A stretch of 61,606 bases of DNA, counting the filler, from Nemertoderma westbladi (lineage: Eukaryota > Animalia > Xenacoelomorpha), in NCBI GenBank assembly GCA_032718475.1. It is 3 parts of 3 records of this genome, joined end to end, with 100 filler letters (N's around TTAATTAATTAA, not from the genome) between each part and the next. Parts side by side here need not be neighbours in the genome. Positions count along the whole stretch, not along the records: positions 1 to 25,158 come from JAUCBJ010005555.1; 2 more parts are not named here. One strand, 5' to 3'. The notes beneath the pieces were generated by a model. The model was not told where the DNA came from. It saw nothing but the letters and a program-made list of their open reading frames with translations, and made no database searches. Shown here piece by piece: positions 13,500 through 24,536 of this stretch; position 1 is the first letter of the stretch, and the number at the start of each line of letters is the position of its first letter. The translations under genes were made by a program, and so were the position numbers.

Positions 13500-14640
13500 A
13501 TCCCACCACATTCTTGATTACATATCTATCACATGAACCCATCAATGACCCCAGTGCCGAGGACGTCACAGACGATGGAGAAATGTTAGCATATTTCCGC
13601 GTGACCACACACAGTACAATAGCTGAAACTTAGGATCATACAACGGGCCACATTGCAGACCCTCTCCTGGATTCCCTGCCTAAACACAGCAAAATATGAC
13701 CTCAACTACATCAGTTACACACACCGTGTTGTTGAGACAGGATTCTCCACTGCTTCCCGCTCGGATCCAGCTGTCGGAATGTATTAGGCGATCTGGGATG
13801 AACTCACCACGGACGGCGACCTTGTCTTATTCAGGAGTCCACACTGCCACCCACAAGGAGACACTCCACGCCTCCCACCAGGGTATCGAGCATACGCTGT
13901 GTCGAGCCCATCAATGCGTCTATTGGTCTTGACTAACTAATGACATCACTACCATGGTACGGGGTCTGTAACGAATGCATGCAACGTTAAAGTCTTGGAA
14001 AATAAACATTTGTTTGTGACCCACCAGCCACTTGACCATTCGATGATATGTTAGCTGACCTTTTTGCTCTAAACAGAAAGCACTTCATGGTAATGGATGA
14101 TCATTACTCTGTGTGACTGGAAGTCCAACCATTTACAACATACCCCACTGCAGATCATACAATACATGGCATCCGCAAAATATTTATCCAGTTCAGTGTA
14201 CCAAACTGAATACGTACCGAGGGAGGAACACTGTTTACTGCAGCTGTGTTAACCATGTTCCTTAAACACCTGGGAGAATACCCCCAGAGCAACGGCCACA
14301 CTGAGGCCACCATTAAAGCCCTGAAAGGACTTCTTCCCAAGACAGGGGCTTTCATTCAGTCTCCAGAATTCCAGAAAGGACTTCTGGAGTTGAGAAAGGC
14401 CCCATGTGCCAATGGAATGTCACCAGCTGAAATTATATTTGGACACCCCACTCGCACTTGAGTGCCAACACACCATTGTGTGTCCCCCCACATCATCCAA
14501 TCAAGGTACAATACCCTATCACCAAACGATGGGACCATGCAGGCCATGTAGTGGAAACCCTGAATTACCATGTCTGGATGCCATCTGGACGCACACTCAT
14601 CCAGAATCACCAACACGTATTAGTTGACTCCACCATGATG
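13500..14640 (+). pseudogene. Degenerate Gypsy/Ty3 pol (integrase) remnant
   Basis: LHASHQGIEHTLCRAHQCVYW (H2C2 zinc region), YPQSNGHTEATIKALKGLL, and LLELRKAPCANGMSPAEIIFG, spread over broken frames. Confidence 0.85.
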
Positions 14641-15402
14641 TCATCGACAGAAGCGCCCATAACAACAATGATATATATACTATACATACATAACATAATT
14701 ATAAGCTCGCCCAATATCATATATAGATAGATTTAATTACATGATCAGCCATTAGGAGGCATGACAATTATTCTGTACTGTTGCAATACTGTTGTATGAT
14801 GTAGGCCTAAAATCTAATATACATGACATTCTCATTCATCATTTTGGAAGCCCACATATTGTTACTTTTGTCTTGCTCCCATCCAAAGTTTGATGGAATT
14901 GTTGATTTAGGATGAGGCATAATGTGGTGTTTGTTCCACATGATAGAATGGTAAATTCATCTTAAGAGACATTGTTGATTGTTGAAGTGTGTCTTTAGTT
15001 GGAGGAAGTTGAATTTGTTTCTTTTTAAATAGCCATCACCTTAACTCTGCTAGTTTCAATTTTTGTTCCTTGGAGATATACTTGGCAAATATATTCTTCC
15101 AAAATTGCAAAAGTTTTATCTTCTATGGGTTGTCTGGTTACTCATCTCTATAAGTTTCCTGATAATGTACGTACCCCTTTGCTTGCTTCAATGCATTCCA
15201 AAACATTGTCTTGCCTTTCCCAGCAAAACATCCTGTAATATATGTGCTACTGAGGGCATGGAGAGTGGGAAGTGCCTTGGCCACATCTTTACCAATAGCT
15301 GAGTGAGTATGTCTGCCCTATGGATGTTAATCTTAGGTTTGTGTAAGTACCATTAATTAAATTTGTGTTGCAGCAAAACATGGATATCTTTGCATAGCTA
15401 AG

Positions 15403-15656
15403 ATGAATACATCGGTATCCAGTGAACTTATAGTTAGTACAGATGCCCCATGAAGTGTTGCATCAATGAATACATTGGTATCCAGTGAACTTATAGTTAG
15501 TACAGATGCCCCATGAAGTGTTGCATCAATGAATACATTGGTATCCAGTGAACTTATAGTTAGTACAGATGCCCCATGAAGTGTTGCATCAATGAATACA
15601 TTGGTATCCAGTGAACTTATAGTTAGTACAGATGCCCCATGAAGTGTTGCATCAAC
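15403..15656. repeat. 63-bp tandem repeat, 4 copies, inside the Academ-like remnant
   Basis: Unit atgaatacattggtatccagtgaacttatagttagtacagatgccccatgaagtgttgcatca. Confidence 0.92.
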
Positions 15657-16398
15657 ACCATGAAGGATTATCTATGTGTCGACTTCTTCTTGTTCGCTCT
15701 TCAAGTAACTCATATCGTAAAAATTGAATCAGAGTTTGAACTCCAAGCTACAACAATTTTTTTCAGAAGGTGGAATGGTTGTTATAATATTGTAAGATAT
15801 GAAATTCGTAAGTTCGTTTTATTTCTAGTATCCAATAATAAGGTTTTCATAGTTATATTCTTTATATTGGTGGTGTTGGTAATGTGACAGTAGACTGGAA
15901 TAAGTCAACCTCAACCTCGCCTTATAATGCACATGGCTGTCTTCAGCGAGTTGTATACATCATATCATTCAAAGATATGTACTGATGATATGATATATAC
16001 TGCATCCATTCACTCATATTTATTTAATATTTGACTGTTAAATATGTTTGCCAGTTTGGAGCATATTGTTTATTTACATTTTTTTTCTCCATAGATTACA
16101 GTTCAGTCATTCCATCTACAATAGTAGAGATATTATTGCTTCTGGAATTGTCTAGCAGATCAGTTGATCGTTTTGTGGTTGAGTAGCTGTCTTCTCAATA
16201 AGTTTCATAATAGTAATTTTGCAAGAGCATTTCAACATGTCACCATTTGCAGAAAGAAATGTGTCCTTTTCTTCTTTAAATACTACAACACCTCTGTTAC
16301 CTACTGTTACTTTAATATTCTTACCTGCTACTTTTCAAATTTGCAACTTTTCAAATTTGCAGTCTCAATTTTTTTTTATTGTTCCTCATATATTAATG

Positions 16399-16652
16399 GT
16401 GTCTTTAGTTGGAGGAAGTTGAATTTGTTTCTTTTTAAATAGCCATCACCTTAACTCTGCTAGTTTCAATTTTTGTTCCTTGGAGATAGATATACTTGGC
16501 AAATATATTCTTCCAAAATAGCAAAAATTTTATCTTCTACGGGTTGCCTGGTTACTCATTTCTATAAGTTTCCTGATAATGTACCCCTTTGCTTTCTTCA
16601 ATGCATTCCAAAACGTTGTCTTGCATTTCCCAGCAAAACATCCTGTAATATA
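16399..16652. repeat. About 255-bp direct repeat of 14989-15243
   Basis: gtgtctttagttggaggaagttgaatttg...catcctgtaatatatg is present twice with a few substitutions. Confidence 0.9.
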
Positions 16653-17010
16653 TGAGTAGTATAGAAAACCAATAAATGAGCGCACCAACTACCCCCAGGT
16701 TAAAATTTACTCCTTACCAGACTGACATATTTCTGAAAACTACCCCAAAATTTCAACTACTTTTTTACACCAATTTATTACAAATTATCATATTCACCTA
16801 ATTTTTCGCTTAACAAATTGATGGATTCCAATTTTCTGAAAATAGTTCACATGTTCTGACTCTATATGAGCGCAATATGATTAGAAGTTCATACAGAGGA
16901 GAGTTGCACCAATCCAAATGTTCTGTCCAATATATTTATTGTCTTGCTGTAAGTAAGATTACGTAAAAAAAATTATCTATTTAAGAAATTAAAACTAATA
17001 GAAAATTTGT

Positions 17011-19613
17011 ATGGCTACTACTATATGTGAAAACATCAATAAACCAACTAGTATGGATGCTACACAGTTTGTAACATTTGAACAGATGGGATTCAGAGTT
17101 CCAAAGTCAGCTTGCATGCATCTACTGTTAGAGAATGCCTATGAGTCTAATCTTCTGACTGATATATCAAAAGTAGATTACCTAGCAGGCAATGGAGGTA
17201 ATATGCTGCTTCAAGATGTGCCTGAATTGGAAATGTTTGTTGACGATCTTTATGTGTATGGGTATCTTCGAGAAGATCAAGTTGTGAAAACCAAAAGTTC
17301 TGTCATGTTAACAACTGGAAGGTTTGGGTCTGCCTCGTATATTGTGGAGAAGTTGAGGAGGGAGGCAACACAAACAATCGGGAAGAACTGTGATGACTTT
17401 ATACACACAAAAATATTAGCCTCTGTACCATTACAATCTCATGGAGTGATTATGCAAACAGTGCATAAAATTGAAAGAGAGATGAAGGAGAAAAATATCA
17501 AAAACTGGAAAAACCTGGAACAAAAAGAACCTATTGCTGTCTTTGTTGCAAAGTTGGATGTATCTGTAATCAACCTAGATGATCTGCAGGAGCACTTGGC
17601 TGAATTTGGCAGAATACTGCAGACATGTGGATGGGGAATATACTCTGTGGACTACACAAAGGACTTTGCTGGAACACTTGCTGGAACACTTGATAGGAAG
17701 GCAATAGTCAAACATCTAGTGGAAACAAAAGGTTGGAGGTTGGAAGGGACATTTCAAGCAGCATTGGAGGGTGATCAGCCCACAATTTTGGAAAACACTT
17801 CGTCTGTGGGAAATCATGTGTTGACATACATCACATCTTGGGGCGGAAATACAATGAGAGTGAAGCTGTGCAACAAAATTGTTTCCAGTTTGAAGCAGGA
17901 GAAGTATTGGAGAATTTTTGAGGGCATTTGGCAGACTATGCTGATTGCAGGAACCCTGTTCTTCGGAAATCCTTAGAACATCCATTGATCCAGCAATATG
18001 GATGTACAAGAGTTGAGATATCCTTGTACTCTATGAATTACATATCTAGAGATCTTGGCGTGGAAGTGATGAGAAGTGCATTAGAAAACATACAGCCATA
18101 TGAGGGATTATTTGTACAGCAAAATGGGAGGAATCACTGGCGAGCTCTAGCAAAAGAGGTGACAAGGTGTTGTGTCATCGCCTCTAAGACCACAGGAACA
18201 ATATATGTAGCTTGGTATGCTCACACAAAAACTGGGAAAGTTTCTGGAGTGAAAGTGCAGTGTAAGTTTGATAAGTTTCTGGAGTGAAAGTGCAGTGTAA
18301 GTTTGATAAGTTTCTGGAGTGAAAGTGCAGTGTAAGTTTGATATACAAGAAAATAGACTATAGTGGAGTTGTTCAGAAGTTGGATTTCGAGGTTGTCCTA
18401 TATTTTGCTTCCAAATTAGAAATGAAAATGAAATTGAAAAAGGGCACAGAAATAGCACCTCTGAAATGCTATTTCAAGGACCCCACTGCAAAAACAATAC
18501 TTTGCTCACCGAAACTACCAACACAGTAGTGTAGGTCAGTTCAAGCAAGAATTCCATTGGAAGAAATGCTGCCACCAACAGATTTCATAGAATGGACATG
18601 GAGACAAGAGCCATGCAAATCATTGGGTACAGATGCAATGGAAAATACAAGAGGTGCCTGAATACTTGCAAACACATCAGGTATCTTGGTTGTCAACCTG
18701 GAAGAGAGCACAGAGAAACATTGATATTCTGGTTGATTTAGAATGTGAAAAATGGAGACAAGATGCACTGCAAAGAAATGCTAGAAACCAAGAAGAAGTA
18801 GCCTTGATACACAAAAGGTTGCTGGAGTTCAAGGAAAGAAAACAACTTGAAACTGAACACAAAGAATATGTTTTGAATCTGCTGAAGCATACTCCCATAC
18901 ACAAAATTTCTGAGCTGGATGGCGTGAAACCATTGCAAGCAGCAGTGCTTGGATTCCGACATGCAGTTGGACCCTACAAAAGCTATGAGGTATTACTTTC
19001 CATTAATGGTGAAAATTTCAAGGTATATTCCAACCGAGGATTGGAGTGTGTTTTGGATGAATTGAGAGATGCTTTTCACAGAGCACAAGAACCAAAAACA
19101 CGAAAAATTTGGTTTTTGGTTGCTTCAGAGTTAAAAGTTGAAATTAAAGCAGCCAAACAGTTCACAAATGATAAGCAACAGATAATCACTTGGTATCCAG
19201 TGACATTATTGTCAAGTCCAATGGAAGGCGAACAGCGAAAAATTCAAGAAAGATTGAAGAAAGTTGAAAGTGAATATGAGAAGGCCAAGTCCATGTGCTT
19301 GGTTGAATATCCTGCAAAAGAGAAGAGCAGTGTGAGAAAAGTGCTTGAATTGGAAGAAGGTGAATATCAATGTATAGCATACTGGAACCAGAGCTATAGA
19401 GGAAAAGTGCGTCATATATTATATTTGCAGAACAAGGATGGTAAATCTGCAAGACCAGTGTATGGTTATTTCTTGCAGAGAGAAGTTGAGCTGATGCAGT
19501 GTGATTTGTCCACAGTACTGTCTCCACTGCTAGTGAAAGTAGGAAGAACAAAAACAACACCACAAAAGAACAAAGATAGAATTGTCACTATAGCACACAA
19601 TGAGACCAACTAA
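17011..19613 (+). pseudogene. Frameshifted gene of about 840 codons with Rep_trans-like rolling-circle initiator motifs and a beta-rich C-terminus
   Basis: Consecutive ORFs 17011-17976, 17928-18287, 18338-18529 and 18633-19613 join through small indels and a 35-bp triplication. Motifs IYSVDYTKD, RVKL(C)NKIV and CTRVEISLY. No introns are evident. Confidence 0.5.
18239..18343. repeat. 35-bp tandem triplication disrupting the Rep-like gene
   Basis: agtttctggagtgaaagtgcagtgtaagtttgata starts at 18239, 18274 and 18309. Confidence 0.92.
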
Positions 19614-19627
19614 CACTTTGGAGCATC

Positions 19628-19914
19628 ACAAATCAAAAACAATCAAACTGAAATCAAGATAATCAAACAGAAATAAAACAAACAATCAACAGACTGCAAT
19701 CAAAAACAATCACAGAAGCACTGTCAGGAATACATTCAGACTTTCAGTCTGTGTCCCTCTCACCCATGCCTTACATCAAACTGCAATCAAAAACAATCAA
19801 ACTGCAATCAAAACCGATCAAACTGAAATCAAAATATTCAAACAGCAATCAACAAACTGCAATCAAAATCAATCACAGGCACACTTTCAGGCACACTTTC
19901 AAGCACACTTTCAA
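19628..19914. repeat. Short direct-repeat cluster (aatcaaac/aatcaaaa units, plus gcacactttca x3)
   Basis: Seen directly downstream of the stop codon at 19613. Confidence 0.75.
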
Positions 19915-20062
19915 GCATATGAGATAAGAGCTACCACAAAACCACTAGACCCAGGAAAAGGCTCAGACATAAGCAGAGCAGTATGGGGTCAAACAATTCA
20001 GTAAATTACAGTTCCAAAATACTTATCACGAACATAACTGTGGTACCTATTTAAAATATTAA

Positions 20063-21345
20063 TTTTTGGCTACCCTCTATTTTTGGGGGCAGCATTTTTG
20101 GCTACCCCCTATTTTCGGGGGAACATTTTTGGCTACCCCCTATTTTTGGGGGCACCATTTTTGGCTACCCCCCATTTTTGGGGGCAGCATTTTTGTCTAC
20201 CCCCTATTTTTGGGGGCACCATTTTTGACTAGCCCCTATTTTTGGGGGCAGCATTTTTGGCTACCCCCTATTTTTGGGGGACCATTTTTGGCTACCCCCT
20301 ATTTTCGGGGGCACATTTTTGGCTACCCCCTATTTTTGGGGGACCATTTTTGGCTACCCCCTATTTTTGGGGGCACCATTTTTGGCTACCCCCTATTTTC
20401 GGGGGCACCATTTTTGGCTACCCCCTATTTTCGGGGGACCATTTTTGGCTACCCCCTATTTTTGGGGGCAGCATTTTTGGCTATCCCCTATTTTTGGGGC
20501 AGCATTTTTGATGGCCCCCTATTTTGGGGGGCAGCATTTTTGGCTACCCCCTATTTTTGGGGGCAGCATTTTTGGCTACCCCCTATTTTTGGGTCAGCAT
20601 TTTTGGCTACCCCCTATTTTTGGGGGCAGCATTTTTGGCTACCCCCTATTTTTGGGGGCAGCATTTTTGGCTACCCCCTATTATTGGGGGCAGCATTTTT
20701 GGCTACCCCCTATTTTCGGGGGCACCATTTTTGGCTACCCCCTATTTTCGGGGGCACCATTTTTGGCTACCCCCTATTTTTGGGGGCACCATTTTTGGCT
20801 ACCCCCTATTTTCGGGGGCACCATTTTTGGCTACCCCCTATTTTCAGGGGACCATTTTTGGCTACCCCCTATTTTCGGGGGACCATTTTTGGCTACCCCC
20901 TATTTTTGGGAGCAGCATTTTTGGCTACCCCCTATTTTCGGGGGCGCCATTTTTGGCTACCCCCTATTTTCGGGGGACCATTTTTGGCTACCCCTATTTT
21001 TGCGGGCACCATTTTTGGCTACCCCCTATTTTTGGGGGCAGCATTTTTGGCTACCCCTATTTTTGGGGGCACCATTTTTGGCTACCCTCTATTTTCGGGG
21101 GACCATTTTTGGCTACCCCCTATTTTTGGGGGCACCATTTTTGGCTACCCCTATTTTTGGGGGCACCATTTTTGGCTACCCCCTATTTTCGGGGGCACCA
21201 TTTTTGACGGCCCCCTATTTTGAGGGGCAGCATTTTTGGCTACCCCCTATTTTTGGGGGCAGCATTTTTGGCTACCCCCTATTTTCGGGGGCGCCATTTT
21301 TAGCTACCCCCTATTTTCGGGGGCAGCATTTTTGGCTACCCCTAT
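20063..21345. repeat. About 32-bp satellite, roughly 40 copies, each with a CCCCC-TATTTTT-GGGGG hairpin
   Basis: Consensus tttttggctaccccctatttttgggggcagca, with cacca and gacca variants. Confidence 0.97.
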
Positions 21346-21492
21346 AACGTACGCTCTCAAACCATACTCAGAACTATACCAATCATTCACAGCTTTTGAG
21401 ATCAATCGGAACAAAGATTCCCATTCCTTCTCATAAAACCCTATCTGAATACCCTGATGGTCTTTCAAAAATATAATATATAAGTTAAAATA

Positions 21493-21685
21493 TATGAAGA
21501 CAAATGAAATAAATGCTACTGTTTGTATTTAAGAAAAGTGATATTCTATGTAAACAAATTCAAATAAGAATAATAAAAAATAGATTTGATAAAGGCTATG
21601 CAATATAGCCGAAATATCATCTGTAGAATAAAAACATCACTTTTCTTAAATACAAACAGTAGCATTTATTTCATTTGTCTTCATA
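21493..21685 (+). repeat. Pseudo-LTR-like 5' end of a Penelope-like element: 50-bp fold-back enclosing a hammerhead-like motif
   Basis: 21493-21542 is the reverse complement of 21636-21685. Confidence 0.8.
21581..21623 (+). ncRNA. Degenerate minimal hammerhead-like motif
   Basis: tagat-TTGATAA-a-ggctat(gcaat)atagcc-GAAA-t-ATC-atctg has helix I and helix II, but the core deviates from CUGAUGA. Confidence 0.45.
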
Positions 21686-21782
21686 ATTACTAAATTTACA
21701 AATGCTGGGCAGTGCATATTATTCATATGTTATAAATATTATCTTCATTTATACACTGTTCCCTTTGAAGCTGTTTTGTATT

Positions 21783-24536
21783 ATGGACCAAAGTTTATGT
21801 TCCATTCAGAAAGAATTATTACATTGTAGTGAGAAGTACGCACGATATAAACACCATGTTGAGTACCTAAGACATCACCAACGATGTGGAAGTATACCAC
21901 TTGGTTTAAAAGTAAAATTTCATTGCGGCGCAACTGATAACATTTTATGTACAAAAGTCAATTCATCTTTAAAGAAATGTTCAAAAAAATTAATTAGTAT
22001 TTTTTTGAACCACAATAAGAGAAACATGGATGAGCTAAAGGCAAAACAAAACCAGATATTAAACAAGGCTACGAACAATGAAGACCGTATGGAACTAGAA
22101 AATAAATTAATTGAGCGTATTACAAACCTTTCCAAGTATTATTCCAAAAGAGAAATAAATAAATACAAACGCAATGGTCTATGTCTGCATTCAGAAGCAA
22201 AACTTCAACAACAAGATATTAGTGAGCAACTAAACGGGAAAAATATTAGTGTGCCTGTACATGTACAAGATAACAATATAAATATTAACGATGACAACAT
22301 ACTTGAACTATCGGGAATATTGGACTCGGGCAATAACATAATAAATCAATATGAAGAGAGTGACAGCATAATAGAATTATCCGGAATATCAGACTCAGGC
22401 GAAAACAAAATAAATCAACATGAAGACAGCAACAGCATAATTGAATTGTCATACAACATAGAAAATCAAAATAAAGACAGCATGATTATATTATCTGAAA
22501 GTGTATTGTTTAAAGGTGATGCAGATAGTAATTGTAAAAGCACTATTGCGGAAATACCTATTTACGAAACGGATATTGACAGTTTAAAAGAGGAGGGATG
22601 GTTAACTGACAATATTTTGGAAAGTTTGCTTAGATATTGGTGCGATTGCAACACGAATACTTTGAACAGAACATTCAACACACATTTTTTTGAAATATTA
22701 AACTCTGAACGTGGGGGATACAATGCCATAAAACAATGGACTTCAAAAATAAACATATTCAATTACGATGGTTTGTACTTCCTGGTCCTTATGAATGGTA
22801 ACCATTGGGTTTTAGTAATATTTAAACCGAAATCACGAAAAATATTTTACTTAGATTCTATGGGTGGACAAAATATAAAGATTATAAACAGTTTAAAATA
22901 TTGGATTAAAAAAGAGGCATTGAAAAACAACATTTTGGACATCGAAATCATAATAGAACCACCAATAAAAATAGTACAATTTAATAGTTATCAATGTGGC
23001 GTGTACGTATGTAAGTTCGGTAAAATGTGTATAGACAGTAGTGATGGTATTTACAACCTTTCATATGTAAATGAGAACAATATTAATGTGTTTAGAAATA
23101 AAATGAGATCATTAGTAAATGATATTATGTCAAAAAATAATAAAGAAAGTCTAGGAAATTTGGAGAAATCCTTAAATGTTCTAGAACAGGAAAATGAAAG
23201 CTTTGGAAATGTTAATGTAACAACAAATAGTAACGTAAAAGTATTTAATTTAACAGAACAAAAAATTGATCCCGGACTTATTAAATTATGTAGTTTGGGG
23301 CCTTCATTTGTACCACAGCCAATGAGTGTCAATTGGGATGATATACAAAGAAATTGGCAAAATTTTAAAAGAAAAGTGCTATGGAAAGCGTTTTTTTATA
23401 AAGACAATATGGAAGTAATTAATATAGAATCAGCAGACAAAGTTGACAATTCATTATTTCCACCACACATAGCATCAACACGAAATCCACCAAAATGCAA
23501 TATTCCAGCAATCGAAGTATTTCTTGACAGTATTGAGAAAGATATTTTTAAAGATACTAAGTTAAAGAAAGTAAGAGACAACATAGATCCTCAAGAAAGA
23601 GGAGCGTTAAATAAATTTAGAAAAACAAACATAAATGATAAGGAATATATTATGAGATTACAAGACAAAGGAAATTCTTTTGTATTCATTGATAAGGAAA
23701 CAGACAACAAAAAACTAAAAGAGCAAATGGATTGTGGATCATTTAAGAAAGTTGAAAAAGACCCGAGTTTTACAATTTTAAACCAAATTACAAACTGGAC
23801 TGAAAAATGGAAAGACCTTGGACTAAGCAATAAATGGGTAAATTATATTTTATTAAACTCTGAACCTACACCGGGCACAAATTATCCAAGAATAAAACTA
23901 CACAAAGAACAAGCACCTGCGCGTGTAATAACATCAGGTTGTGGTAGCGCAACAGAAAATCTTTCTCAATTTGTAGAAACATACTGCAAAAAGATAGCTA
24001 ACACATTACCACATCGGGTAAAAGATACCTCACACATGCTGGAAATAATAGACGAATTAAATTTACATGAAATTGCAGATAATGATATATTGATTAGTTT
24101 TGATATTATTAATATGTTTCCTTCTATTGACAACAAAAACGGGATCAATATAGTTTCTAATAAATTAAAAGAAAATATACACTTGTTTGATGTACCTTCT
24201 GACTGCATTATTGAAGCATTGGAAATTTGCCTAAAAAACAACGTATCACAGTATCAAAATGAGTTTTGGATACAAACAGACGGCACTGCAATGGGACCCA
24301 AAAATTCTTGTTCTTACGCTGACATAGTGGCAGGAGATATTGATATAAAAGTAATTAACAAGAAAAAAAGATACCCTGAATTAAGATGTTGGTTTAGATA
24401 CAGAGACGATATATTCTCCATATGGCGTGGTTCAAAAAGGCGTCTATTCGAATTCTTTAAGCTATTAAATACATTGGATCCAAAACTTAAGTTTACACTG
24501 GATATACAGTCCCGCTCTCAAAAAGCATTCCTTTGA
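21783..24536 (+). CDS. Penelope-like retroelement polyprotein: N-terminal domain, SIM-like repeats, Ulp1/SENP (C48) protease and reverse transcriptase; 3' end cut off by an insertion
   Basis: Uninterrupted ORF (open from 21702). Protease motifs GWLTDNIL, FNTHFF, NHWVLV, YLDSMG and QFNSYQCGVYVC. RT motifs VFNLT, LGPSFVP, RLQDKG, SFDIINMFPSID, QTDGTAMGPKNSCSYAD and WFRYRDD. Confidence 0.92.
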   Translation: MDQSLCSIQKELLHCSEKYARYKHHVEYLRHHQRCGSIPLGLKVKFHCGATDNILCTKVNSSLKKCSKKLISIFLNHNKRNMDELKAKQNQILNKATNNEDRMELENKLIERITNLSKYYSKREINKYKRNGLCLHSEAKLQQQDISEQLNGKNISVPVHVQDNNININDDNILELSGILDSGNNIINQYEESDSIIELSGISDSGENKINQHEDSNSIIELSYNIENQNKDSMIILSESVLFKGDADSNCKSTIAEIPIYETDIDSLKEEGWLTDNILESLLRYWCDCNTNTLNRTFNTHFFEILNSERGGYNAIKQWTSKINIFNYDGLYFLVLMNGNHWVLVIFKPKSRKIFYLDSMGGQNIKIINSLKYWIKKEALKNNILDIEIIIEPPIKIVQFNSYQCGVYVCKFGKMCIDSSDGIYNLSYVNENNINVFRNKMRSLVNDIMSKNNKESLGNLEKSLNVLEQENESFGNVNVTTNSNVKVFNLTEQKIDPGLIKLCSLGPSFVPQPMSVNWDDIQRNWQNFKRKVLWKAFFYKDNMEVINIESADKVDNSLFPPHIASTRNPPKCNIPAIEVFLDSIEKDIFKDTKLKKVRDNIDPQERGALNKFRKTNINDKEYIMRLQDKGNSFVFIDKETDNKKLKEQMDCGSFKKVEKDPSFTILNQITNWTEKWKDLGLSNKWVNYILLNSEPTPGTNYPRIKLHKEQAPARVITSGCGSATENLSQFVETYCKKIANTLPHRVKDTSHMLEIIDELNLHEIADNDILISFDIINMFPSIDNKNGINIVSNKLKENIHLFDVPSDCIIEALEICLKNNVSQYQNEFWIQTDGTAMGPKNSCSYADIVAGDIDIKVINKKKRYPELRCWFRYRDDIFSIWRGSKRRLFEFFKLLNTLDPKLKFTLDIQSRSQKAFL

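Larger units (their letters stand above)
14870..16652 (-). pseudogene. Academ-like transposase / XPG-like domain remnant
   Basis: Manual minus-strand translation gives IVDGMTEL, SEQEEVDT*IILHG, ISSLDTDVFIL, ALPTLHALSSTYITGCFAGKGKT.FWNAL, LEEYICQVY and LPPTKD, in the order typical of Academ transposase C-terminal halves. Confidence 0.7.

Noticed and set aside
20063-21345. CRISPR-like appearance of a 32-bp hairpin repeat
   Set aside because: The units are contiguous with no unique spacers, there are no cas genes, and the context is eukaryotic.
20066-21347. Long ORFs of 227-385 aa (FWLPPIFGG repeats)
   Set aside because: They are translations of the 32-bp satellite, open in all three frames because the unit lacks stop codons.
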